A stretch of DNA of 64,000 nucleotides from positions 655,985 to 719,984 of the forward strand of contig CP053446.1 in NCBI GenBank assembly GCA_013285405.1, in the 5' to 3' direction. Positions within the stretch are counted from its first letter, which is position 1; each line of letters opens with the position of its first letter. Under the pieces are notes generated by a model. The model was not told the origin of the DNA and ran no database searches. It saw only the letters and a program-made list of their open reading frames with translations. Positions 17,777 through 30,156 of the stretch are shown one piece after another. Position numbers and translations under genes: made by a program. This DNA is from Ignavibacteriota bacterium (lineage in GTDB: Bacteria > Bacteroidota > Ignavibacteria > Ignavibacteriales > Ignavibacteriaceae).

Positions 17777-18370
17777 ATGTTACACAAGACTGTTCTCTCA
17801 ACTTTGATCGCTGTTTTATTTCTTGCAGCGTTAATTTCAGAACCAATCTTTGCGCATTGTGATTCAATGGAAGGACCTGTTGTAAAAGCATCAATAAAAG
17901 CACTTGAAACCGGGAACATAAATTACGTTCTCGTGTGGGTCCGTGCAGAAGATGAACAGGAAATTAAAACTATGTTCGATAAAGTAAATAGTGTGCGAAC
18001 AATTAATGACGAAGCAAAAGAACTTGCAGATATGTACTTCTATGAAACTGTTGTACGAATTCACAGGTTGGGTGAAGGTGTAGGCTATACCGGATTAAAA
18101 CCTGCTGGTTATGAACCCGAAGAAGGAATTGAGGCTGCTGATATAGCCATAGAAAAAAATTCAGTCGATGATATTCTTCAACATCTTGAAGAAGCTAAAC
18201 ACGAAGAAGTCAAACATTACTTCGATGAGCTTCAATCAAAAAGAAATTATGATGTGAATGACCTGACAGCAGGAAGAGATTATGTTGCTTCTTATGTCCA
18301 TTTCATTCATTACGTTGAAGCACTTTATTCAGGTGATACGAAGAGTATGGAACATCAGCATCATCATTAA
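17777..18370 (+). CDS. Secreted protein with HCDSMEGPVV motif and His-rich C-terminus (DUF6448-like, tentative)
   Basis: Signal peptide with mature N-terminus AHCDSMEGPVVKA. Ends in MEHQHHH. GGAG RBS. Confidence 0.45.
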   Translation: MLHKTVLSTLIAVLFLAALISEPIFAHCDSMEGPVVKASIKALETGNINYVLVWVRAEDEQEIKTMFDKVNSVRTINDEAKELADMYFYETVVRIHRLGEGVGYTGLKPAGYEPEEGIEAADIAIEKNSVDDILQHLEEAKHEEVKHYFDELQSKRNYDVNDLTAGRDYVASYVHFIHYVEALYSGDTKSMEHQHHH

Positions 18371-18591
18371 TTAAAAGTTAAACATAAACTTAACTTAATT
18401 GATAATAAAAATAATTTTTAAAATATTTTCTGGTAATAAAACATCATTACAATTTTATTTTACAGAAATACCTGTTTATAAGTAATTATTTTCCGTAGAT
18501 TGAATCTGATTCTAAATTATTTAGGATTCGGGAAGATAACTTAAACTGATCTATCCTGGAATTGAATGTGAATAATTAAAAGGAATGTTAA

Positions 18592-19020
18592 TTGAATAAT
18601 TCTTCGACTGAATTGATTTGGCCCTTGATAGTATATGGAGGTGCAGTAGTGCTTCTTGTAACTATAATGATAGGACTTTCCTATCTGCTCGGTCAAAAGC
18701 ATGAAGAAAAAGAAACTAATGAACCTTTTGAATCGGGAGTAAAGCAAACTGACTCGGCACGTTTGAGATTCCCAATTCATTTTTATATCGTCGCAATGTT
18801 CTTCGTTATTTTCGATCTTGAAGCAGTTTTCATTTTTACCTGGGCAATTTCATTAAAAGAAGTTGGATGGACTGGTTATATCGCAGCATCAATATTCATC
18901 GCAATACTTATTGCGGTATTAATTTACGAATGGAGAATAGGTGCGCTTGACTTTGGCACAAGTGGCAAAAAAATATTAAAAGCAAGAAACAGAATTCTGA
19001 AAGAAAGTAAAAATTTATGA
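18592..19020 (+). CDS. nuoA: NADH-quinone oxidoreductase subunit A
   Basis: ND3/NuoA pattern EPFESGV...RFPIHFY..FDLE with 3 TM segments. TTG start preceded by AGGAA. Confidence 0.9.
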   Translation: MNNSSTELIWPLIVYGGAVVLLVTIMIGLSYLLGQKHEEKETNEPFESGVKQTDSARLRFPIHFYIVAMFFVIFDLEAVFIFTWAISLKEVGWTGYIAASIFIAILIAVLIYEWRIGALDFGTSGKKILKARNRILKESKNL

Positions 19021-19655
19021 AGTGGTGGGTAACAAAAGCTGATCAGGCAGGAATTCCTTTAAAAGGAACCAGTTCACTCGAAGAAACTGTTCAGCAGAGT
19101 ATTGTTTTATCAACAGTTCAGGATTTAGTTGCCTGGGGTCGAAAAAATTCTATGTGGCCATTTAACTTCGGACTTTCCTGCTGTTATGTTGAAATGGCAA
19201 CCTCGCTCACAAGCAAATACGATATCGCCAGATTTGGTGCTGAAGTTATTCGCGGTACACCTCGCGAAGCCGATATTATGATTATTGCAGGAACAGTATT
19301 TATAAAGATGGCTCCGATTATAAGAAGATTATATCAGCAAATGATGGAACCCCGTTGGGTAATTTCGATGGGCTCGTGTGCAAACTCTGGTGGTATGTAT
19401 GATATCTACAGTGTTGTTCAGGGAGTTGATAAATTTATGCCGGTTGATGTTTATGTTCCCGGCTGTCCTCCCAGACCTGATGCATTTATGGAAGGTCTTG
19501 TAATGCTGCAGGATTCTGTCGGCAAAGAAAAGCGTCCGTTAAGCTGGGTAATTGGTCCGCAGGGAATTCAAAAACCTGAAAAGATTTCCATGCGGGATTT
19601 AAAGCGTGATGAAAGAATGAAGATGACAAAAATAACTCCTCCAACTGAAATTTGA
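19017..19655 (+). CDS. nuoB: NADH-quinone oxidoreductase subunit B
   Basis: N2 cluster Cys motifs [15 protein letters not shown] and PGCPP. ATGA overlap with nuoA. Confidence 0.95.
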   Translation: MKWWVTKADQAGIPLKGTSSLEETVQQSIVLSTVQDLVAWGRKNSMWPFNFGLSCCYVEMATSLTSKYDIARFGAEVIRGTPREADIMIIAGTVFIKMAPIIRRLYQQMMEPRWVISMGSCANSGGMYDIYSVVQGVDKFMPVDVYVPGCPPRPDAFMEGLVMLQDSVGKEKRPLSWVIGPQGIQKPEKISMRDLKRDERMKMTKITPPTEI

Positions 19656-19662
19656 ATTTGTT

Positions 19663-21411
19663 ATGGATCAGATAATTACTATTGATGAAGAAATAAAACA
19701 GAAGTTTGGTGATAAAATTATTTATCAACAGGAAACTAAAGATGAATTCCCGACTATTTGGGTTGGAAGAAATTCATTAGTTACTGTTCTTAATTATTTA
19801 AAGAACGAAATTACAAATCCCTTCCGAATGCTTTATGACATCACTGCAATAGATGAAAGATCGTACAGCAACCGAAATGGTTTACCACAAAGCGATTTCA
19901 CGATAGTATATCATCTTCTGTCATTTGACAGAAATAATGACATAAGAATTAAAGTTCCGTTAAAAGATAATGATGTTAATGTTCCAACGATTACTGACCT
20001 ATGGCAAAATGCAAACTGGTATGAGCGGGAAGCATTCGATATGTTCGGAATAAACTTTAATGGACATAAATATTTGAGAAGATTGTTGATGCCGTTAACC
20101 TGGAATGGTCATCCGTTACGAAAGGATCATCCTGCAAGAGCAACCGAAATGGGTCCGTTTCAGCTTCCGGATGATAAACAAATCAGAGAACAGGATGCGC
20201 TTCATTTTAACCCCGATGAATGGGGAATGCAAAAACATAGCGACGATTCGGATTTTATGTTTCTTAATCTCGGTCCTCAGCATCCGGGTACACACGGTGT
20301 ATTGCGACTTGTTCTTCAACTTGATGGTGAAGATATTGTTGATATTGTACCTGATATTGGATTTCATCATCGCGGCGCTGAGAAGATGGCTGAAAGACAA
20401 TCCTGGCATACTTTCATACCTTACACTGATCGTGTTGATTATCTCGGTGGAGTAATGAACAATCTTGCTTATTGTCTCGGAGTAGAAAAACTTGCGGGGA
20501 TTGAAGTTCCCGACAGAGGGAAAGTAATTCGTGTCATGCTGTGTGAACTATTCAGAATTGCAAGCCATCTTGTTTGGTACGGAACATTTGCACAGGATGT
20601 TGGTCAGCTTTCACCTGTGTTTTACATGTTCACAGACAGAGAGAAAGTTTTTGATATCATTGCTGCGGTATGCGGCGATAGAATGCATCCGAATTGGTTT
20701 CGCATTGGTGGTGTTCAGGATGATTTACCAAATGGATGGGATAAACTTGTAAGAGAATTTGTGAATTATTTTCCAAAACGTTTAAATGAATATGATAAAC
20801 TTGTTATGAAGAACAAAATCTTTAAAGCAAGAACAAAAGGTATCGGAAGTTATACAAAAGAAGAAGCCGTTGAATGGGGAATTACCGGACCGGGTTTACG
20901 TGCTTGCGGATTTGAATGGGACTTCAGAAAAAAAAGACCTTATTCAGCTTATGATCAATTCGAGTTTGATATTCCGATTGCACATAATGGAGATTGTTAC
21001 GATCGTGCTTCTGTTCGTGTTGAGGAAATGAGACAGAGTTTGAAAATAATTGAACAGTGTTTAAACAATATGCCAGAAGGTGAATATAAATCTCATCATC
21101 CGCAGGCAACACCACCCGTTAAAGAAAGAACGATGCACGATATTGAAACTTTAATAACTCATTTTTTAAATGTTACCTGGGGACCTGTAATCCCGCCAGG
21201 AGAAGCTTTCTCAGGAATTGAAGCAACGAAAGGAAACAATGGATACTATCTTATCAGCGATGGAAATACTTCACCATACAGAGTAAGAATAAGAACTCCT
21301 TCCTTTCCGCATATGCAAATGGTGCCTTATATCAGCAGAGGACATACTATTGCGGATCTTCTCGCTATTCTGGGAAGTGTTGATTTTGTATTAGCTGATT
21401 TAGACAGATAA
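19663..21411 (+). CDS. nuoCD: NADH-quinone oxidoreductase fused subunit C/D
   Basis: 582 aa. NuoC part has [15 protein letters not shown]; NuoD part has [14 protein letters not shown] ... RVRIRTPSF. Confidence 0.93.
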   Translation: MDQIITIDEEIKQKFGDKIIYQQETKDEFPTIWVGRNSLVTVLNYLKNEITNPFRMLYDITAIDERSYSNRNGLPQSDFTIVYHLLSFDRNNDIRIKVPLKDNDVNVPTITDLWQNANWYEREAFDMFGINFNGHKYLRRLLMPLTWNGHPLRKDHPARATEMGPFQLPDDKQIREQDALHFNPDEWGMQKHSDDSDFMFLNLGPQHPGTHGVLRLVLQLDGEDIVDIVPDIGFHHRGAEKMAERQSWHTFIPYTDRVDYLGGVMNNLAYCLGVEKLAGIEVPDRGKVIRVMLCELFRIASHLVWYGTFAQDVGQLSPVFYMFTDREKVFDIIAAVCGDRMHPNWFRIGGVQDDLPNGWDKLVREFVNYFPKRLNEYDKLVMKNKIFKARTKGIGSYTKEEAVEWGITGPGLRACGFEWDFRKKRPYSAYDQFEFDIPIAHNGDCYDRASVRVEEMRQSLKIIEQCLNNMPEGEYKSHHPQATPPVKERTMHDIETLITHFLNVTWGPVIPPGEAFSGIEATKGNNGYYLISDGNTSPYRVRIRTPSFPHMQMVPYISRGHTIADLLAILGSVDFVLADLDR

Positions 21412-21455
21412 TAAATAAATGAATATCAAAAGTATAAATATTTATCATTGAGTTT

Positions 21456-21920
21456 ATGCTTACAACAGAGGAACAAAAAGAAATTAACGAGCACATAAAA
21501 GATTATCCTGACAAAAAATCAGCCTGTCTGGAAGCGCTTAAAGTTGTTCAGGAAAAACGACGCTGGATTTCTGATGAAAGTTTAAAGGATATAGCCAGCT
21601 ATCTTGAAATGACCATAGATGATCTGGATGGTGTTGCAACATTTTATAATCTAATCTTCAGAAAACCTGTTGGTAAACATGTTATTCTGATTTGCGATTC
21701 AGTTAGCTGTTATATTATGAGTTATGAAAAAATTCTTGATTACCTGAATAAAAAGCTCGGAATTAAACTCGGTGAAACAACAGAGGATAACAGATTTACA
21801 TTATTACCTATTCCCTGTTTAGGAACCTGTGATCACGCACCGGCTTTAATGATAGACAATGATTTACATCAGGATCTCACCGAAGAGAAGCTGGAAAAAA
21901 TTTTAGATCAATACAAATAA
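21456..21920 (+). CDS. nuoE: NADH-quinone oxidoreductase subunit E
   Basis: 2Fe-2S ligands CDSVSC ... CLGTCDHAP. Confidence 0.92.
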   Translation: MLTTEEQKEINEHIKDYPDKKSACLEALKVVQEKRRWISDESLKDIASYLEMTIDDLDGVATFYNLIFRKPVGKHVILICDSVSCYIMSYEKILDYLNKKLGIKLGETTEDNRFTLLPIPCLGTCDHAPALMIDNDLHQDLTEEKLEKILDQYK

Positions 21921-23200
21921 TGGAAAAACCTTTAACACAACATATTAAAGAAAACAAGCAGCCGCATACCATTAAAGAGTATGAAAATGTTGGCGGATAT
22001 TCTTCCGTAAAAAAAGCTTTGAAAGAAATGAATCCAAAAGAAGTGCAGAAAGTTGTAAAAGATTCTGAGCTTAAAGGAAGAGGCGGCGCAGGCTTTTCCA
22101 CAGGAATGAAATGGAGCTTTGTTCCTATGGGTGAAGCTTCACCATCAAAAATAAAATATTTAATTGCTAACGCTGACGAAATGGAACCCGGAACTTTTAA
22201 AGACAGACTTCTGCTTGAAAGTAATCCGCATCTGTTAATTGAAGGAATGATTGTAAGCGCTTTTGCAATCGAAGCTACAAATGCATATATATTTCTCAGA
22301 TGGGCTTATAAAACTGCAGATAAAATATTAACTAAAGCAATTCAGGAAGCTTACCAATCCGGTTACCTTGGCAAAAATATTTTAGGAACAGGTTATTCAC
22401 TTGAACTTAGAATTCACACAAGTGCGGGACGTTATATCTGTGGTGAAGAAACTAGTCTGTTAAATTCGCTTGAAGGAAAACGAGCAATACCAAGAGCAAA
22501 GCCACCCTTCCCTCAAACAAGTGGATTGTTTGGAAAGCCTACTATTGTAAATAATGTTGAAACTCTCTGTTGTGTTCCCGGAATAATTAATAACGGCGCT
22601 CAATGGTTTAAAGAGTTAAGTATAACCGGAGAAGGCGGAACAAAACTTTATGGTGCAAGTGGTCATGTGAAAAATCCAGGTATATGGGAACTTCCGCTTG
22701 GAACTTCGATGAGAGAAATAATTGAAAAGTATGCTGGTGGAATGAAAGCTGGCTACAAATTTCGTGGTGCTTTACCGGGTGGTGCTTCAACCGATTTTTT
22801 AGTTGAAGAGCATCTTGATACAATTATGGATTATCAGAATGTTCAAAAAGCTGGCAGCAGACTTGGAACAGGAACCATGATTATTCTGGATGATAAAACA
22901 TGTCCTGTTGGTATGGTAAAAAATCTTGAACATTTTTTCGCTCAGGAATCTTGCGGATGGTGTACACCTTGTCGGGAAGGTTTACCATGGGTTGAGAAAA
23001 CACTTGGTGCAATTGAAAACGGCAAAGGTAAAATGGAAGATCTCAATCACCTGTCGTTTCATTCAAAATATCTTGGACCGGGAAATACATTCTGTGCTTT
23101 AGCTCCCGGTGCTGTTGAACCTTTACAAAGTGCTTTAAAATATTTTCGTGAAGATTTTGAAAAGCATATTAATGAAAAGCGATGTCCCTGGAGATCATAA
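21920..23200 (+). CDS. nuoF: NADH-quinone oxidoreductase subunit F
   Basis: FMN/NADH site GRGGAGFSTG and 4Fe-4S motif ESCGWCTPCREG. Confidence 0.95.
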   Translation: MEKPLTQHIKENKQPHTIKEYENVGGYSSVKKALKEMNPKEVQKVVKDSELKGRGGAGFSTGMKWSFVPMGEASPSKIKYLIANADEMEPGTFKDRLLLESNPHLLIEGMIVSAFAIEATNAYIFLRWAYKTADKILTKAIQEAYQSGYLGKNILGTGYSLELRIHTSAGRYICGEETSLLNSLEGKRAIPRAKPPFPQTSGLFGKPTIVNNVETLCCVPGIINNGAQWFKELSITGEGGTKLYGASGHVKNPGIWELPLGTSMREIIEKYAGGMKAGYKFRGALPGGASTDFLVEEHLDTIMDYQNVQKAGSRLGTGTMIILDDKTCPVGMVKNLEHFFAQESCGWCTPCREGLPWVEKTLGAIENGKGKMEDLNHLSFHSKYLGPGNTFCALAPGAVEPLQSALKYFREDFEKHINEKRCPWRS

Positions 23201-25921
23201 ATGCCAAAGATTATTATAGACGAAATAGAATATGAAGTTAAAGACAAGAAAAATTTGTTAGATGCTTGCCTTTCATTAAAACTTGATCTGCCGTATTTCT
23301 GCTGGCATCCAGCTATGAATTCTGTTGGAGCTTGCAGACAATGCGCTGTTACAAAATATAAAGATAAGAACGATACTAAAGGTAAACTTGTAATGGCTTG
23401 CATGGAACCGGTGCAGGATGGTATGAGAATTTCAATGAAGGATAGTGAGTCTGTTGAATTCCGCTCACACATAATTGAATGGTTGATGACAAATCATCCG
23501 CACGATTGTCCTGTTTGTGATGAAGGCGGAGAATGTCATCTACAGGATATGACTGTAATGACAGGACATTCATACAGACAGTTTCGTTTCAATAAAAGAA
23601 CTTACAATAATCAGTATCTCGGACCTTTTATAAATCATGAAATGAACAGATGCATTCAATGTTACAGGTGTGTCCGCTTCTACCGTGATTATGCTGATGG
23701 AAGAGACTTCAATGTATTTGCTTCAAAAAATCATATTTACTTCGGTCGTTCTGAAGACGGCATTCTCGAAAACGAATTCAGCGGAAATCTCATTGAAGTT
23801 TGCCCGACAGGTGTATTTACTGATAAAACATTAAAACAACATTTCACTCGCAAATGGGATTATACAAGTGCACCATCAATTTGCCATAACTGCGGAGTTG
23901 GATGTAATATCATTGCTTCAGAACGATATGATTCACTAAGAAGAATAAGAAGCAGGTATAACGCCAAAGTTAATGGATATTTTATTTGTGACAGAGGACG
24001 ATTTGGATATGAGTGGGTTAATGACAAAAAAAGGATTCTTCAACCATTAATAAAAAGCATAGAAGACAACCGACAAAAAATTGCCGATAGAAAAACGATA
24101 ATTGAAAAAACAGGTAAACTAATTTCATCAACTAAAACAATAGGAATTGGTTCTTCAAGAGCCTCTTTAGAATCAAATTATACTTTAAGAAAGTTAGTTG
24201 GGAAAGAAAATTTCTATTCGAGTTTTAATACAGTTGAAAATAAACTTTATCAAACATCACTGAATATTTTAAGAAAAGGAATTGTCAGAACTCCTTCTTT
24301 AAAAGAAGTTGAAGAATTTGACACTGTATTTATTCTTGGCGAAGACGTTACAAACACAGCACCAATGCTTGCGTTATCAATCCGTCAGGCAATTAAACTT
24401 AAACCAAAAGAAATCGCAGCAGACCTGAATATTCCTCTTTGGCATGATTCCGCTGTAAGAGAAGCAGTTCAGGATGAGAAAGGTCCGCTATACATCGCCT
24501 CGGTTTCAAAAACCAGGCTTGAAGACATTTCTAAAAAAGTAATTCATTCTTCACCAGATGACATAGCACGAATAGGATTTGCTGTTGCAAATATTATTGA
24601 TAACAATTCGCCAACTGTCAGTAATCTTTCGGATGATGAAAAAGAATTCGCAAAAAATGTGGCAGAAGATTTAATGAGTTCAGACAAACCATTAATTATT
24701 ACTGGTTCAGGTTGTATGAATGAAGATATAATAAAAGCATCGTATAATATCTCACTTGCTCTTCATAGAAAAAATAATCGAGCTGAAATCGTGATTACTT
24801 CGTCTGCTGTAAATAGCCTCGGTCTTGCTATGATGGAAGCTGAATCTCTGGATTCTGCTTTTAATGGAATTGATAAAGGAGAAATTGAAACGTTAATAAT
24901 TCTTGAAAGTGATTTGTTCAGGAATAATTCAAAAGAAAAGATTAAAAATGTTTTTGATAAAGTTAAAAATATAATTGTCATCGATAGCATTGAAAATGAA
25001 ACAACACTTGCTGCTGATTACGTTATTCCTGCCGGCACCTTTGCTGAATCTGATGGAACAGTTGTAAATAATGAAGGACGTGCACAGAGATTTTATCAAT
25101 GCTTCCAACCGAAAGAAGATGTGTTCGAAAGCTGGCGTTATCTTACTCTCATATCAATAGCAGCGGGCAGAAAAGATTTCACTGCTCTGAATCATTTTGA
25201 TGATTATGTGAAGTCATTAATTATTGAAATGCCTCAGTTCGATGGAGTTCAGAATACTGCCCCACCTTCGGATTTTAGAAAAGCCGGGCAGAAAATTCCG
25301 CGCGAGTCACATCGTTTCAGCGGACGAACTGCTATGAATGCTGATAAAAATGTAAGTGAACCCAAACCACCTGTTGATGATGATTCCCCACTTTCATTTA
25401 CGATGGAAGGATTCAGAGGACAGCCACCTTCTTCGATAACTCCTTTTTACTGGTCACCCGGATGGAATTCTGTTCAGTCAATTAATAAATATCAGATTGA
25501 AATTGCTGGTCCTTTACACGATGGAGACCCGGGAATAAGATTAATTGAACCTAATGAAAATTCAATTACTCAGTTGAGTTTCTTTAAAGATGTACCGAAG
25601 AAATTCATTTTTAAAGCCGACGAATATTTTCTGGTTCCGCTTTATCATATTTATGGTTCTGAAGAACTTAGCAGTAAATCTCCAGCAATCAAAGAAAGAA
25701 TTCCGGAAATTTATATTGCAATCAATCAGAAAGAATCTGAAAGACTTGGTGTTAAAGAAAAAGAAAATCCTGAGATAATAATTGACGACAAGAAATTGGG
25801 TTTGCAAGTAAAGATTTTAAACGAATTGCCTGATGGTATCGCTGGTTATCCTGTTTACTTACCGGGAATACTGTTTATTGATTTATCTTCCTTTCATAAA
25901 ATAAAAAAAGAAGTTAAATGA
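23201..25921 (+). CDS. nuoG: NADH-quinone oxidoreductase subunit G (long, 906 aa form)
   Basis: N-terminal Fe-S motifs [29 protein letters not shown] and [10 protein letters not shown], followed by a molybdopterin-oxidoreductase-like region. Confidence 0.93.
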   Translation: MPKIIIDEIEYEVKDKKNLLDACLSLKLDLPYFCWHPAMNSVGACRQCAVTKYKDKNDTKGKLVMACMEPVQDGMRISMKDSESVEFRSHIIEWLMTNHPHDCPVCDEGGECHLQDMTVMTGHSYRQFRFNKRTYNNQYLGPFINHEMNRCIQCYRCVRFYRDYADGRDFNVFASKNHIYFGRSEDGILENEFSGNLIEVCPTGVFTDKTLKQHFTRKWDYTSAPSICHNCGVGCNIIASERYDSLRRIRSRYNAKVNGYFICDRGRFGYEWVNDKKRILQPLIKSIEDNRQKIADRKTIIEKTGKLISSTKTIGIGSSRASLESNYTLRKLVGKENFYSSFNTVENKLYQTSLNILRKGIVRTPSLKEVEEFDTVFILGEDVTNTAPMLALSIRQAIKLKPKEIAADLNIPLWHDSAVREAVQDEKGPLYIASVSKTRLEDISKKVIHSSPDDIARIGFAVANIIDNNSPTVSNLSDDEKEFAKNVAEDLMSSDKPLIITGSGCMNEDIIKASYNISLALHRKNNRAEIVITSSAVNSLGLAMMEAESLDSAFNGIDKGEIETLIILESDLFRNNSKEKIKNVFDKVKNIIVIDSIENETTLAADYVIPAGTFAESDGTVVNNEGRAQRFYQCFQPKEDVFESWRYLTLISIAAGRKDFTALNHFDDYVKSLIIEMPQFDGVQNTAPPSDFRKAGQKIPRESHRFSGRTAMNADKNVSEPKPPVDDDSPLSFTMEGFRGQPPSSITPFYWSPGWNSVQSINKYQIEIAGPLHDGDPGIRLIEPNENSITQLSFFKDVPKKFIFKADEYFLVPLYHIYGSEELSSKSPAIKERIPEIYIAINQKESERLGVKEKENPEIIIDDKKLGLQVKILNELPDGIAGYPVYLPGILFIDLSSFHKIKKEVK

Positions 25922-26874
25922 GTCAGACGATAAGCATATTAATAATTATTGTTGTGGTCTTGCTTGTTATGTTGACTATCGCTGCTGGTTTAATATGGCT
26001 TGAAAGAAGATTGCTTGCTTTATGGCAGGACAGATATGGACCAAACCGTGTCGGACCTTTCGGGCTCCTTCAGGTTCTTGCAGATATGTTAAAAATTTTT
26101 ATGAAAGAAGACTGGGTTCCAAAGTTTGTGGATAAACCAATCTTTGTAATTGCTCCTGCAATTGTTGTTGCAACTGTTTTAATGAGCTTTGCAATTATTC
26201 CTTATGCGTCGGGAATATTTGTTGTTGATTTTAACATTGCACTTCTTTTCTTTCTTGCAATGTCATCACTTGGTGCATACAGCATTGTTCTTGCCGGATG
26301 GTCTTCTAACAATAAATATTCTTTGCTAGGTGCAATGCGTGGTTCTGCTCAGATGATAACTTATGAAGTTTTTATGGGGCTTTCTTTAATGGGAGTAGTT
26401 ATGCTAACTGGTTCATTCAGCCTGGTTGATATTGTTGAAGCACAAAAAGATATCTGGTTTTTCATTCCGCAGTTTGTCGGATTTATAATTTTCTTAGTTG
26501 CAGGTATTGCAGAAACACATCGTCTTCCATTTGATATTCCTGAAGCTGAATCAGAATTGATAGCTGGATATCATTCAGAATATTCAGGAATGAAGTTCGG
26601 AATGTTTTTCGTCGGTGAATATCTCGGAATAACTCTCATCTCTGCTTTGATAGCAACTTTATTTTTTGGAGGCTGGCTTGGACCAGATTTTTTGCCGGGC
26701 ATTGTCTGGTTCCTGATTAAAATGTTTTTCTTTATCGGTCTGTTTATTTTAATGAGAGCTGCTCTTCCGAGACCAAGATATGATCAGTTGATGAGCTACG
26801 GTTGGAAACTTATGCTTCCTTTATCACTTTTAAACTTGCTCGTAACCGGTGCTATAATTTTAGCCGGAAATTAA
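25918..26874 (+). CDS. nuoH: NADH-quinone oxidoreductase subunit H
   Basis: ND1 family ([39 protein letters not shown]). Confidence 0.95.
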   Translation: MSQTISILIIIVVVLLVMLTIAAGLIWLERRLLALWQDRYGPNRVGPFGLLQVLADMLKIFMKEDWVPKFVDKPIFVIAPAIVVATVLMSFAIIPYASGIFVVDFNIALLFFLAMSSLGAYSIVLAGWSSNNKYSLLGAMRGSAQMITYEVFMGLSLMGVVMLTGSFSLVDIVEAQKDIWFFIPQFVGFIIFLVAGIAETHRLPFDIPEAESELIAGYHSEYSGMKFGMFFVGEYLGITLISALIATLFFGGWLGPDFLPGIVWFLIKMFFFIGLFILMRAALPRPRYDQLMSYGWKLMLPLSLLNLLVTGAIILAGN

Positions 26875-26911
26875 ATTATGAACAATAAAATATTTAGAAT
26901 ATGAGGAATTG

Positions 26912-27427
26912 ATGTTAAGCCAGTTAAGAAGTTTGTGGGTTACGTTTTTGCACATGTTTGAAAAACGCGTAACAATTCAGTATCCTGATGAAAAACCAAA
27001 ATTACCTGCAAGATGGCGAGGCAGAATTGTTTTAACTCGCGATCCTGATAACGGAGAAAGATGCGTTGCTTGTTATCTGTGTGCTGCAGCTTGCCCTGTT
27101 GACTGCATTTCATTACAGGCAACTGAGGATGGAAATAACAGACGTTATCCTGAATTTTTCAGAATTAATTTTTCCCGATGTATCTTTTGCGGATTTTGCG
27201 AAGATGCCTGTCCGACTTATGCAATACAGTTAATTCCTGATTTTGAAATGTCTGAATACAACAGACAAAACCTTGTTTATGAAAAGGAAGATTTGTTGAT
27301 TAGTGGAGAGGGAAAATATCACGGATATAATTTTTATAAAGTTGCCGGAGTTGCAATTACCGGTAAAGGCAAAGGTGAATCCGAACACGAAAGCCCGCCA
27401 ATTGATATAAAAAGTTTATTGCCGTAA
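26912..27427 (+). CDS. nuoI: NADH-quinone oxidoreductase subunit I
   Basis: Two 4Fe-4S motifs, [12 protein letters not shown] and [15 protein letters not shown] at 26912 preferred over TTG at 26909. Confidence 0.93.
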   Translation: MLSQLRSLWVTFLHMFEKRVTIQYPDEKPKLPARWRGRIVLTRDPDNGERCVACYLCAAACPVDCISLQATEDGNNRRYPEFFRINFSRCIFCGFCEDACPTYAIQLIPDFEMSEYNRQNLVYEKEDLLISGEGKYHGYNFYKVAGVAITGKGKGESEHESPPIDIKSLLP

Positions 27428-27431
27428 AAAA

Positions 27432-27965
27432 ATGACAATCGCATTTTACATAGCTTCGATAGTTGCAATCATATCTACAATTATGGTTATTACCCGATTG
27501 AATGCCGTTCATGCTTTGCTTTATCTTATAGTTTCCCTGTTGTCAGTTGCGGTAATCTTTTATATTCTCGGTGCTCATTTCGTAGCTGCTCTTGAAGTTA
27601 TAGTTTATGCAGGTGCAATTATGGTTCTTTTCATTTTTGTGGTGATGATGCTTAACCTTGGAAAAGAATCAGAAAATAGTGAACGGAAATTGCTCTCGTC
27701 AAAAATGTTAATCGGTCCCGGAATATTAGTCTTAATTCTCCTGATTGAATTTATAACGATACTGTCATCCTCAACCTCTGAACATCTATTCGAAAAAAAT
27801 ATTACTCCTGCAGAAGTCGGAATCTCATTATTCACAAAATATTTACTTGGAGTTGAACTTACCGCGATGCTTTTGATGGTTGGAATTGTTGGTTCTTATC
27901 ATATCGGAAGAAGAAAGAAAAAAGTTTTACATCGTTTTCTTCAGGAAAAAGAGGAAGCCCAATGA
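27432..27965 (+). CDS. nuoJ: NADH-quinone oxidoreductase subunit J
   Basis: ND6-like 5-TM protein at the conserved operon position. Confidence 0.88.
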   Translation: MTIAFYIASIVAIISTIMVITRLNAVHALLYLIVSLLSVAVIFYILGAHFVAALEVIVYAGAIMVLFIFVVMMLNLGKESENSERKLLSSKMLIGPGILVLILLIEFITILSSSTSEHLFEKNITPAEVGISLFTKYLLGVELTAMLLMVGIVGSYHIGRRKKKVLHRFLQEKEEAQ

Positions 27966-28270
27966 ACATTGTTCCGGTCAGTACAGCATTATTACTTGCA
28001 GGAATATTATTCTTCCTTGGTTTGATTGGTTTGTTAGTAAGACGCAATATTATTTTTATACTTATGTCGCTTGAAATTATGTTAAATGCTGCCGGACTTG
28101 CTTTTGTTGTCGCGGGATCTAAGTGGGCAGAGGCAGATGGACAGGTTATGTTTCTTTTTATTCTTGCAGTCGCTGCTGCTGAAGTTTCCGTCGGGCTTGC
28201 ACTCATAATTCAGGTTTATAATAAATTCAAAACTCTCGACACTGATGTTCTTAATAAGCTAAAAGGTTAA
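27962..28270 (+). CDS. nuoK: NADH-quinone oxidoreductase subunit K
   Basis: ND4L-like, 102 aa, 3 TM, with LEIMLNAAGLAF and AAAEVSVGLAL motifs. Confidence 0.92.
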   Translation: MNIVPVSTALLLAGILFFLGLIGLLVRRNIIFILMSLEIMLNAAGLAFVVAGSKWAEADGQVMFLFILAVAAAEVSVGLALIIQVYNKFKTLDTDVLNKLKG

Positions 28271-30156
28271 TGATGTTTGAATTATTATGGTTGGTTCCTG
28301 GTTTGCCTTTTGCTGGATTTTTAATTCTGGCAATCTTTGGAAAAAGAATGGGACAAACTGCAACTGCAATCACTGGCGTCGGTTCAGTTGGATTATCCGC
28401 ATTATTAACTCTGATAATAGGTATTACTTTTATTACTTCTCCACCCGCAGGAAATTCTTTCGACATAATTTTATGGGAGTGGTTTAACATCGGAGGATTT
28501 AATCCTTCGATTGCATTTCATCTGGATTCATTATCGTTAGTTTTCATGTTCGTTGTTTCCTTCGTTGGATTTCTCATTCATCTTTACTCAGCAGAATTTA
28601 TGATTGATGACGAGGGTTTTTCCCCGTTCTTCGCTTACATGAATTTGTTTGTTGGATCAATGCTGACTCTGGTTCTTGCAGATAATTTTTTACTTCTTTA
28701 TCTCGGTTGGGAAGGTGTTGGTTTGTGCAGTTATCTGCTTATAGGATTCTGGTATAAAGATCCAGTAAACAGTGCTGCTGCTATTAAAGCATTTATTGTT
28801 ACGCGAATTGGTGACACTGCTATGATAATCGGATTATTTATTCTTGTGATGTCTTTTGGTACGCTGAACATCCAATCAATCTTATCAACCGCTTCGGGAA
28901 TTTGGACTGCAGGATCATCAACCGCAGTTGCTGTTGCGTTTTTATTGCTTGGCGGAGCGTTAGGCAAATCTGCACAGCTTCCATTACAAACGTGGCTTCC
29001 TGATGCGATGGCTGGTCCGTCACCCGTAAGTGCTTTGATTCATGCTGCAACTATGGTAACTGCAGGAGTTTATTTAATCGCAAGAACAAACGTGATTTTT
29101 ACACTTGCACCTGTCGTGTTAAATCTTGTAGCGATCATTGGTGCATTAACATTGTTGATTGCCGGCTTTAGTGCTTTAACACAATTTGACATCAAAAGAG
29201 TTCTGGCTTATTCAACCATAAGTCAGATTGGATATATGTTTCTTGCATTGGGTGTTGGTGCCTGGTCTGCAGCAATATTTCATTTTATGATACATGCATT
29301 TTTTAAAGCATTATTATTTCTTGGTGCCGGTGCTGTCATTATTTCAGTTCATCACGAACATAACATGTATAAAATGGGAGGATTGAGAAAAGAACTTCCG
29401 GTAACATTCTGGACATTTTTAATTGCTTCAGCTTCACTTGCAGCTTTTCCACTCGTCACTGCAGGATTCTACAGCAAAGATGCAATTCTTTGGTTTGCTT
29501 GGTCAAGTACAACAAATGGCAGTGAGATATTATGGGCTGCAGGATGGATCGGAGCATTCATTACTGCGATTTATACTTTCCGAATGGTGTTTCTTACTTT
29601 CTATGGAAATAAACGTTCTGAAGTTTCTCATAAACCGGGATGGTTAATAAAAATTCCTTTAATCATTCTTGCAGTATTTGCTCTCATCGGCGGATTTATA
29701 GAACTCCCGGATACACTTGGACATGTAACAATCTTTTCATCTTTTTTAGATTTAACTTTACCTGCGGTGAAAACAATTGAAGGAAGTGTAAGTGAACTCA
29801 CTCTGCAAATTATTGTAGCCATAACTGCTTTTCTGGGAATCTACATCGCATATAGATTATACATAAAAATTCCGGTTAGTGAAGCAGAAGATATTAAACA
29901 GAGTTTAATTCGGAAATTTCTCTTTTCGGGTTGGGGATTTGACTGGCTGTATGATAAAATTTTTATTCGACCGGTTGTATTCTTTGCAAAGATTAATAAG
30001 AACGATTTCATAGATTATATTTATACTTTCATTGCATGGTTAAACAGAATGTTCAATCAAATGTTTGCGATGACACAAACCGGTAAAGTCAGATTGTATG
30101 CAATGGCAATTGTTCTTGGAGCAATAATTACTTTAACAATAGCAGCGTTCTTATGA
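28270..30156 (+). CDS. nuoL: NADH-quinone oxidoreductase subunit L
   Basis: ND5 antiporter-like subunit (LGWEGVGLCSYLLIGFW, GKSAQLPLQTWLPDAMAGPSPVSALIHAATMV). Confidence 0.95.
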   Translation: MMFELLWLVPGLPFAGFLILAIFGKRMGQTATAITGVGSVGLSALLTLIIGITFITSPPAGNSFDIILWEWFNIGGFNPSIAFHLDSLSLVFMFVVSFVGFLIHLYSAEFMIDDEGFSPFFAYMNLFVGSMLTLVLADNFLLLYLGWEGVGLCSYLLIGFWYKDPVNSAAAIKAFIVTRIGDTAMIIGLFILVMSFGTLNIQSILSTASGIWTAGSSTAVAVAFLLLGGALGKSAQLPLQTWLPDAMAGPSPVSALIHAATMVTAGVYLIARTNVIFTLAPVVLNLVAIIGALTLLIAGFSALTQFDIKRVLAYSTISQIGYMFLALGVGAWSAAIFHFMIHAFFKALLFLGAGAVIISVHHEHNMYKMGGLRKELPVTFWTFLIASASLAAFPLVTAGFYSKDAILWFAWSSTTNGSEILWAAGWIGAFITAIYTFRMVFLTFYGNKRSEVSHKPGWLIKIPLIILAVFALIGGFIELPDTLGHVTIFSSFLDLTLPAVKTIEGSVSELTLQIIVAITAFLGIYIAYRLYIKIPVSEAEDIKQSLIRKFLFSGWGFDWLYDKIFIRPVVFFAKINKNDFIDYIYTFIAWLNRMFNQMFAMTQTGKVRLYAMAIVLGAIITLTIAAFL